A DNA stretch of 59,519 nt, taken from Utricularia gibba (Eukaryota; Plantae; Magnoliophyta). A model generated the notes under the pieces. That model was not told the DNA's origin, ran no database searches, and saw nothing but the letters and a program-made list of their open reading frames with translations. Location: positions 1-59,519 of the forward strand of contig NEEC01000050.1 of NCBI GenBank assembly GCA_002189035.1. The letters are read 5' to 3'. Each line of letters opens with the position of its first letter. The first letter of the stretch is position 1. A program made the translations under genes and the position numbers. Below are positions 52,270 through 59,519 of the stretch, piece after piece.

Positions 52270-55200
52270 TCAAGGAAACGACTCCAAGGCGCAATAATTT
52301 TGTATCACAAGAAACTCGAGCTTTGAAGGAATGCCGTTCTCAGGAAAGGAGACCAGTTTACCACACATTCGAATCTCCAATCTCTTGCAATTTTCGAGAT
52401 TAACCAAATCATGGGGAAGGGAAACAAGATTCGGACAGTTTACCAGTTCGAGGTCTTCGATGTTGCATGGTAGAAGTTGATCTTTCGGTACCAAGAACCT
52501 TAGTGAAGCGCAAAAGTCGATCTTGATGCTCCTTAGATTGCTAAGATCACTGCGGGTGATCCCTTCAGTCCATAACAGTTTTAGATCCCTGCAACCATAA
52601 ACATCTATGCTTCGGAGTTTTGAGGAGGCCCGCAGAACATCCAAATTACGCACAGCTGAAATCTCGACCATCCGAAAGCTTTCCAAGGATTCAAGAGGGG
52701 CTTTGATACTTCCCATTAACACTCCACACTCACGAAGGTTCAAATCACGTAGAGAGGGCAAGGAAATCGGGAACACTTCTTCTAATTTTTCACAATGATA
52801 AATTTTCAGCATTTCAAGACGAGAGAAGAGGGCAACACCTCCTTTTTCTCTAGAAACAGTCCACTTCTTCCATTTCTCCATAGAATCAAATGTCAGAGTC
52901 TTCAGCATTGAAAATTGATTGCCAGAACTTCCAAAGAACTCATCTCCAATGCTTTGAACTTCTGGCAGGTAGCTTATCTTTAGGTGTTTAAGGCACGGAA
53001 GTTCTCCAAGACATGGTAAAGATGTGCAATTCCAGCACTCACTTATGGTTAGACTTGTTAGAATGGGGTTCCGCATACCGTCCCCAATCCAACTTGGAAA
53101 TCTCGAGCCTGAGTAGCCCATTACCTCCAATTTCTTCAAGTTCCGATGAGGTTGCAATACATCTGCAACATCTTCCTGTATCCCGGCACCATTACCATCA
53201 CCTCCCCATAGAAGGGTCAGGCTGTGAAGGTCACTTTTATTTTCAAGACAAAAGTAAGCATCTCTGACAATTCCATTGTGCAAACCATTTATGGTTAATG
53301 AATCACCCAAATGCTCCAAAATACGCAACTCTCTTAACCCAAAGCCCCCTCCTCTTTTCACTATGTGAACTTCTGATAACGTTTCAAGCCGCTTCAGCTT
53401 GGGGATGGAAGATGGCAGTTCGCATGAAGTGCCTGAGTTCTCAAGATGACGTAGGTTTGGTAAGTCACCCAATGCTGTTGGCAACCTGATCATCTTCTTA
53501 CAGTGCCTTATAGAGAGAGTTTCCAGGCAGACAAGAAGAACTATAGAATCCGGCAGTGTACTAATATCAGTTGCAGAGAGATCCAGATAACGTAAAATTT
53601 TTAACTCACCAATCGAGGTTGGAAGCTCTGTGATGGGACAACCCATCAAAGATAGCACCCTTAAGCCACTCAGCTTAGTCAACAACTCAGCTAAAGCCCT
53701 ATTTGATAACTTCGCCGGCGACCCATCAGAAGGATGCATTAATAAGAGAGTTCTCAACTTTTTTGGCACGCCGACAGTCCAGTGACTCCGGAATCCCTCA
53801 TCATAATCACTAAAACGAAGAGAAAGGTAGCGTACTTCCTCAGGCAATTGGTTGAGAGTAATTTCGTTGTATACATGGTATGCCCCCAGAGATTCAAGTG
53901 GCTCCAAGTAATCCTCACAAATCTCAAAGAGTGATTCACTGTTACTTCGACGTCGAAAATAAGACATCGACACCAACTTGTCGAAGTATTCGAAACCCAA
54001 TTCCTTCACACCTTGCCACCGTGATTTGCGATGATCAAGAAAACCTTCTGAAATCCACAAACGCAGAAGCTCATCCTTAGTGAAAGCGTATTTTCTCGGA
54101 AGTATAGCACAATAAGCAAACATGCGCTTCAAGTGTGAGGGAAGCACTTGTTCTGCATCGTTTAGATCCGACAGTACCTTCTCCCACTCTTCTCTTGTGG
54201 CTCTACTGCGTAAGCCGTGAGCAATGGATGAAACCGCCGAGGGTAAGCCTTCACATTTGTCCGCCAGCTGAAGAGCAACTTCCCTGAGGCCATACACAGC
54301 TTCAGCAGGCGGGCCGGCTATCTTAAACAGTAGGGTAACGCAATCTTCACGACTCCAACGCGGTGGGCGAAAGACATTGAAATGGACCTCGCGCTCCACC
54401 TCGGACTCGCACGCCAATGCAACACTCTCGAAACGAGTAGTGACGACAAATCCACATACAATTGCACCTTTTTTAAACTCCCTGATCAGCGATTTCAAAG
54501 TCGAAGCTTCCCAAACATCGTCCAGAACAATGAGGACCTTGGGGAACCCTTGCATGCCTAACGCTATCTGCAGAAGTCCCCACGTAGAAAGAATGTCATC
54601 TACACCATTCCTCGACACCAGCATGCGAATATTCTCCAAGGACGCAGACGTACTGAAGTTTCGAGAAACATGCACCCAAGCCCTCACAGGAAACATGCTT
54701 TGGACAGACTGGTTGTAATAAACAAGTTGAGCAAGAACAGTTTTCCCAATGCCGGCCACGCCAAGTATCGAAACCACCGTCGTCCCACGTTCAAGAAGGA
54801 ACATCAATGCAACTTCATGTTCGCCTCTTCCCACAATATCGCCATTAACAAAAGAATCTACGCTTTCAAGAGTTGAGACTTGACTACTTGACCTCCCACG
54901 GTTCTCAAGGCGCAACTCACTTCTCGGAGGTATCTGGTTGAGGAATTTGTCCATCCTACTTTCGATTTCTTTCATTTCCCGCATCGTTCTACGATTAAAA
55001 ATACAGGGCTCAGCAATAGGGAAAAGTTTCGGCATCACCTGCCTAATGGGATGCTTCGCTCGATCAACCATCTTTTCTAGAAAAAGATTGATGTCGTTGA
55101 CATCGTCCCTATGTGAGTCCAAATAATCTTTCAATGCCGCAGCGCGATCTCTGTCATGGGACTCTTCAGCGAACTCAAGGTTTGCGAGGATAAGAAATAA

Positions 55201-55299
55201 CTCTCTACGTATCTGGAGAAACTGTCCTCTCAGTCTCCCAGGGAGGGCATATGCTATTAGAGAATCCAAGCTATCCAGCAATGAATATACAGCATCCAT
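52270..55299 (-). CDS. Intronless CC-like NB-ARC-LRR (NLR) resistance-type protein with divergent NB-ARC motifs
   Basis: P-loop GVAGIGKT, kinase-2 LIVLDDVW, VVTTR, CEGLPSA, AYCAILP, L..LWISEGF and many LxxLxLxxC LRRs. Confidence 0.92.
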   Translation of the reverse strand: MDAVYSLLDSLDSLIAYALPGRLRGQFLQIRRELFLILANLEFAEESHDRDRAAALKDYLDSHRDDVNDINLFLEKMVDRAKHPIRQVMPKLFPIAEPCIFNRRTMREMKEIESRMDKFLNQIPPRSELRLENRGRSSSQVSTLESVDSFVNGDIVGRGEHEVALMFLLERGTTVVSILGVAGIGKTVLAQLVYYNQSVQSMFPVRAWVHVSRNFSTSASLENIRMLVSRNGVDDILSTWGLLQIALGMQGFPKVLIVLDDVWEASTLKSLIREFKKGAIVCGFVVTTRFESVALACESEVEREVHFNVFRPPRWSREDCVTLLFKIAGPPAEAVYGLREVALQLADKCEGLPSAVSSIAHGLRSRATREEWEKVLSDLNDAEQVLPSHLKRMFAYCAILPRKYAFTKDELLRLWISEGFLDHRKSRWQGVKELGFEYFDKLVSMSYFRRRSNSESLFEICEDYLEPLESLGAYHVYNEITLNQLPEEVRYLSLRFSDYDEGFRSHWTVGVPKKLRTLLLMHPSDGSPAKLSNRALAELLTKLSGLRVLSLMGCPITELPTSIGELKILRYLDLSATDISTLPDSIVLLVCLETLSIRHCKKMIRLPTALGDLPNLRHLENSGTSCELPSSIPKLKRLETLSEVHIVKRGGGFGLRELRILEHLGDSLTINGLHNGIVRDAYFCLENKSDLHSLTLLWGGDGNGAGIQEDVADVLQPHRNLKKLEVMGYSGSRFPSWIGDGMRNPILTSLTISECWNCTSLPCLGELPCLKHLKISYLPEVQSIGDEFFGSSGNQFSMLKTLTFDSMEKWKKWTVSREKGGVALFSRLEMLKIYHCEKLEEVFPISLPSLRDLNLRECGVLMGSIKAPLESLESFRMVEISAVRNLDVLRASSKLRSIDVYGCRDLKLLWTEGITRSDLSNLRSIKIDFCASLRFLVPKDQLLPCNIEDLELVNCPNLVSLPHDLVNLENCKRLEIRMCGKLVSFPENGIPSKLEFLVIQNYCALESFP

Positions 55300-55748
55300 T
55301 GACAAATCCGGGGCGTGGTTGTTCGCTTCTGTTTAATAAAGCACAAGATAAATGATTAGAATGGTCAGAAAACTCAAACCCAGATCCCAAGTATCAAAAA
55401 CTCCAACCAAACAGCAATACATACACGTTTGATTGTAAGAATTTGCAGGCCAAGGACCTAAAATGTAAAGAAAAGGGGCTTTTTGAGGGGTGCCTGATCT
55501 CAAGCAGGTTGCCGCGATGGAATGGTGGTTCTCCCCAGTGGTTATGAATCCTGTTTGTTTGCCGTCATCCATGATTTACTTCTGCCAGCGTCAGTTGCCT
55601 GTGTTCCATCGCGGCCAGCACTGGTCTTCCATGGCGGCGTGACCAGTCTTCCAGCTGTGTTTTGGAATTTTCATATGAAAAATTGAACCTGGTTGAGTAG
55701 TTCTTGCCTCTGTTCAACTACAACTTCAGTGACTTGATTTTAGCAAAA

Positions 55749-58302
55749 ATGGACGACAAAGAGACGGGAAACTCGAGACTGACCGTCGATCTCCAACGTC
55801 TTGGAGATGCGATGAACGAGAAGATGAAGAAAGCCAGGCAGGGGACTTCTCGAGCGCCTTGGATATGCCAAATCCCCAAATCCCTCCTGGGATCGATAAA
55901 AAGCATGTCATCCCAGATTGTATCTCTGGGTCCGTACCACCGTGGCGCCAAGTACCTGCAACCCATGGAAACTCACAAACGCCGTGCTCTTGACAGGGCA
56001 CTCTCTAGAAAAGGTCAGGGAATCCAGGCTTATCTTCAAGCGGTAAGAGAACTTGAGATGGAGGCGCGTCACTGTTATGAGGGAAACATTAGACTCACCA
56101 GTGAGGAATTTCTTGAGATGATGGTCGTTGATGGGTGCTTCATCCTAGAGGTCCTTAATGGAGCCGTAAGAGGATTCCAGAATCTTGGATACTCGGAAAT
56201 GGATCCCGTTTTCTCACATTCTGGGACAATGTTGAACATTCAACGAGATCTTATTCTGTTGGAGAATCAGATTCCCATGTTTATCCTCGACAAACTTCAC
56301 GGAATGGGGAAGGAGGAGTGTGACTTTGATGTTACTTATCTTGCTGGAAGGCTCTTCTTGCGTTTGATTCGTGGTGACCCATCGGCGAAGAATTGTTGGA
56401 ACGGTTTATGAACTCTTCCCAGATTCAAGGAAAGACCTTTCATTTACTTGATCTTCTACACAGCAAGCTCATTGACAACGCTTACAGCAACAAATTCTCG
56501 AATATGTACTGGGAGAACGACTTCGGCCCCCTGCTCGAGATGCGCCCCATTAGTGCTGTTAAAGATGTAATCAAGTTCAAGAGGGAGTTTGAGCCTCAGG
56601 AGTTGCTATGGGATGTGAAATTCCAAGGTGGAACCTTTGGGATCTCGTACGTCTCACTTGACATGAACATGAAGTCTCTTATGCTCAACTTATGTGCCTT
56701 TGAGCAACGCTGTTCGTCTCCAGAGAGGAAGAATTATGTCACGTCCTTCATGATCTTCATGAACTTCCTGATTGATTCCGCCGCCGATGTGGAGCACCTC
56801 AGGGATTCCGGGATCCTGAGGAATGACCTTGGAAGCGACTCCAAGGTGGTGGAGTTCTTCAAAGGCGTGAATCAAGCTGTGGTTTATGGTCGCCTCAATC
56901 CCGCGCTCTTGGAAGTTGCTATTGATTTCAAAGTCTATTGCAACGATCCATCCAACCTACCTTCAGGGCTTCTTGCTTTCGACATGCACAGGAAGATGCA
57001 TCAAGCTATAGAGATCAGAGAAGCCACTTCTAATCAAATCTGCATATACAGAATCCCGGCATTCCTCACAAAGTTCAAGATCAAAGCTCCCTATCCGCAG
57101 GTGGTGTCGATAGGTCCATATCACCGCCAGTCCTCGCAGCTGAGACCCATGGAAATTCATAAATGGAAAGCTGTTCATAATTTGCTTAAGAGAAATTCCA
57201 TGCGAATCGGGGATTATATCAATGTGGTGAAAGAGCACGAGAAGAAAGCTCGTGCTTGCTATGACGGCCTTGTTGACAGCGATGATTTCACGGAGACGAT
57301 GATCCTCGATGGCTGCTTCATTCTTGAGTTTCTTATGGGTGCCAAAATAGGATTCAAGAAGTGCGGTTACTCGGTTATGGATCCTGTTTTCTCCATTTCC
57401 GGGTTTATAGACATGATCAGACAAGATTTCATCCTGCTGGAGAACCAAATCCCCATCTTCATCCTTGAAGCACTTCATGGAATCAACACTTCGTCTGATG
57501 GAAAACAAGTTCGGGGTCTTGCACTAGAATTCTTCTATCCCTTGATTCGCGGGGGCGAGCCATTCCTGAATGAAAACCTCCGGAACGTCTTTACCAATTC
57601 ACCGAGTGTACCAGAAGAAGTTCCCCATTTACTGGGACTTGTACACTGGATGCTCAGAGTCATTAGTTTTGATCCCGAAACCAAAAGAATCAGCTCAAGG
57701 GAGCCTGCCGTGAGTGCAGACTCAGGTTCGGACCTCAGCCCGTTGCTCATGATGCGCCCTGTGAGTTATCTTAAAGAACATGGAATCAGGTTCAGAAGGG
57801 GAAGCTCCAGCATATCCTCTGGCATAAAACTCAAAAGGGGGTGCCTCAAGATTCCGCATGTTTTGCTGGACATGAGAATGAAATCTTTGTAATCAACCTC
57901 ATCGCCTACGAGCAACTGCATTCACACCAACTCAACAACAACGACGTCACCTCTTATATGATCTTCATGGACCGTTTAATAGACACGGCGGAGGACGTGA
58001 GATGCCTCCGGGAACGCGGGATCATTATGAATAGCTTGGAAGCCGATTCTGATATAGCCCACTTCTTCAATCGTGCATGCGAGTCTGTGGTTTACGGCCG
58101 CTTCAATCCCTTGCTTCTGGATGTTGCAAGGGACGTTGATAATTTCTGCAAGAACAAAATCAATGCTTGGGGCAAGGCGCTGGTGGAAGAACACTTGAGA
58201 AATCCATGGACCACCATGTCCATCGTCACTGCTGTCATGCTTCTGGTTCTCACATTTCTGCAGACCTTTTACGCCATGTATAGTTATCATCATCCTCATT
58301 GA
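55749..58302 (+). CDS. DUF247 (UPF0481) protein with two tandem DUF247 domains and one C-terminal TM helix; two 1-bp frameshifts
   Basis: Both halves carry IVSLGPYH/VVSIGPYH, M..DGCFILE, D.ILLENQIP.FIL, NL.A.EQ, VTS.M.FM..LID...DV..LR..GI. Frameshifts near 56390 and 57886 each need one added base. Confidence 0.88.
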
Positions 58303-58723
58303 AGACTCCGGATTTTCCATGAGGCAGGGCAAGAACCAGAAAAAAAACTTGTTTGCTTTTGTTTTCAATCAATGAGCTTGTATATTGTTTTAACGTGAAA
58401 CCCTCCAAGTCCTCCTACAGAAGAACAACACTAAGAAGAAAAAGACTCGATCTTTGGAATACCGTTGGCTATGTTTGTGCACACGGGAAGACAGAACCAA
58501 GGGGCTGTCCAATGACTAACTATTTGATGAAAAGTCCCTGTCTTTCCGTGTAGGGCCTGACAGGACAAGCTGCTAGAATACGATAATCCAATCCAATTTT
58601 TTCTCTTGTTGCTTATCTTAACTCATGAGGAATTTCTCTTATCTTATTACCCCTCCCACGTGTCGTCTGTTCGCGTTTCATTCTGTTACTTCATTTCTCA
58701 CTTGTGTTCTCTCCTTTCCCACA

Positions 58724-59269
58724 ATGCTAGATGTCCTAAATCTCTGCTCTTCACACCTGAAGCAACTGCTCCGCAAGATAGAGTTTCCCAGGAGCCCGAG
58801 AAGAAGCCCCAAACTGGATGCTTCCTTCGCGACGATGGCGATCTCGTCTCAAATGCGACACGTCTTCGAGGCAATCGACTCCAACGGAGATGGGAAGCTA
58901 TCCCCCGTCGAGGTGAAGCAGCTTCTACTGAATATGGGATATGAAAGTACTAATGCGGCGAACGAAGCCGAGGTGATGGTGCGGGTGCTGGATTTCGACG
59001 GCGATGGATTCGTGGACTTGCAGGAATTCATGAGTGCGATGGATGAGCAGGAAGATGGGGATTACGTTGCCGCTTTTCGGGTATTCGATGTGAACGGAGA
59101 CGGGCTAATCTCGGCGGAGGAGGTGCAGAGGGTGCTGAGGAGACTTGGGTGCTGCGGGAGGAAGAGCAGCCTCAAGGAATGCAAGAAGATGATTCGAGCA
59201 GTTGATAGAGATGGCGATGGGTTCGTCAGCTTGGAAGAGTTCAGGCTTATGATGACAGCTGGAGCTTAG
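58724..59269 (+). CDS. Calmodulin-like (CML) protein with four EF-hands, intronless
   Basis: DSNGDGKLSPVE, DFDGDGFVDLQE, DVNGDGLISAEE, DRDGDGFVSLEE. Confidence 0.92.
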   Translation: MLDVLNLCSSHLKQLLRKIEFPRSPRRSPKLDASFATMAISSQMRHVFEAIDSNGDGKLSPVEVKQLLLNMGYESTNAANEAEVMVRVLDFDGDGFVDLQEFMSAMDEQEDGDYVAAFRVFDVNGDGLISAEEVQRVLRRLGCCGRKSSLKECKKMIRAVDRDGDGFVSLEEFRLMMTAGA

Positions 59270-59519
59270 CTTTGTGTAATTAAGTGAACTTTACATGTAC
59301 ATACATGAAATTCAAATTACATTCATTTAGAATAATTTAACTTTGTGTTGGAGAGTTGGTCTTAATTTAATATAATAAAATAGCGTTTGGTAAATTAATT
59401 CATTAACCATATATTGAATTATTTATATTTAAATAAATTATATGATTAACATTAAAAATATTTTTGATAATAATTTAATAATAAATAAAATATTTATTTA
59501 AAACGAACAAAGAGTATGG

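Noticed and set aside
52200-52290. Possible further frameshift at the NLR C-terminus
   Set aside because: Adding a base would extend the protein by only about 15 residues with no motif to judge by.

Overview
Gene-dense eudicot nuclear DNA with about 19 host protein-coding genes in 59.5 kb: DUF740-like, DUF761-like, HIBCH-like, small Zn-binding protein, cyclin P/U, VAP27, HAM-type GRAS with a perfect miR171 site, FIL/YAB3-type YABBY, SAUR, MAP1A, EPSPS, a putative glycosyltransferase-like gene, RPS13, MLF-like, TBL2-like WD40, AHL, an NB-ARC-LRR gene, a double-DUF247 gene and a CML. The standout is a very young 6,178-bp Ty1/Copia element (39210-45387, minus strand) inserted into coding exon 1 of the MLF-like gene. 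It has two 446-bp LTRs that are identical by eye, a 5-bp AAAGG target-site duplication (TSD), non-canonical TG...TA ends and an 18-nt primer-binding site (PBS) matching cytosolic tRNA-Trp. Between integrase and RT it carries a 911-bp cargo: a rearranged 5S rRNA (nt 1-84 sense plus nt 94-117 inverted) and an intronless, N-terminally truncated TIC22-like plastid-import ORF. A 6-bp direct repeat flanks the cargo, and removing the cargo at that repeat restores the pol frame. A second candidate system is a divergent NLR (MHD motif replaced) head-to-head, 449 bp apart, with a gene encoding two fused DUF247 domains. About nine frameshifts are each repaired by adding one base, mostly in short homopolymers. 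This looks like assembly error, so none is taken as real pseudogenisation. Family assignments and reference sequences (5S, tRNA-Trp, miR171, TIC22) come from motif recognition and recall, not database searches. The species cannot be determined.
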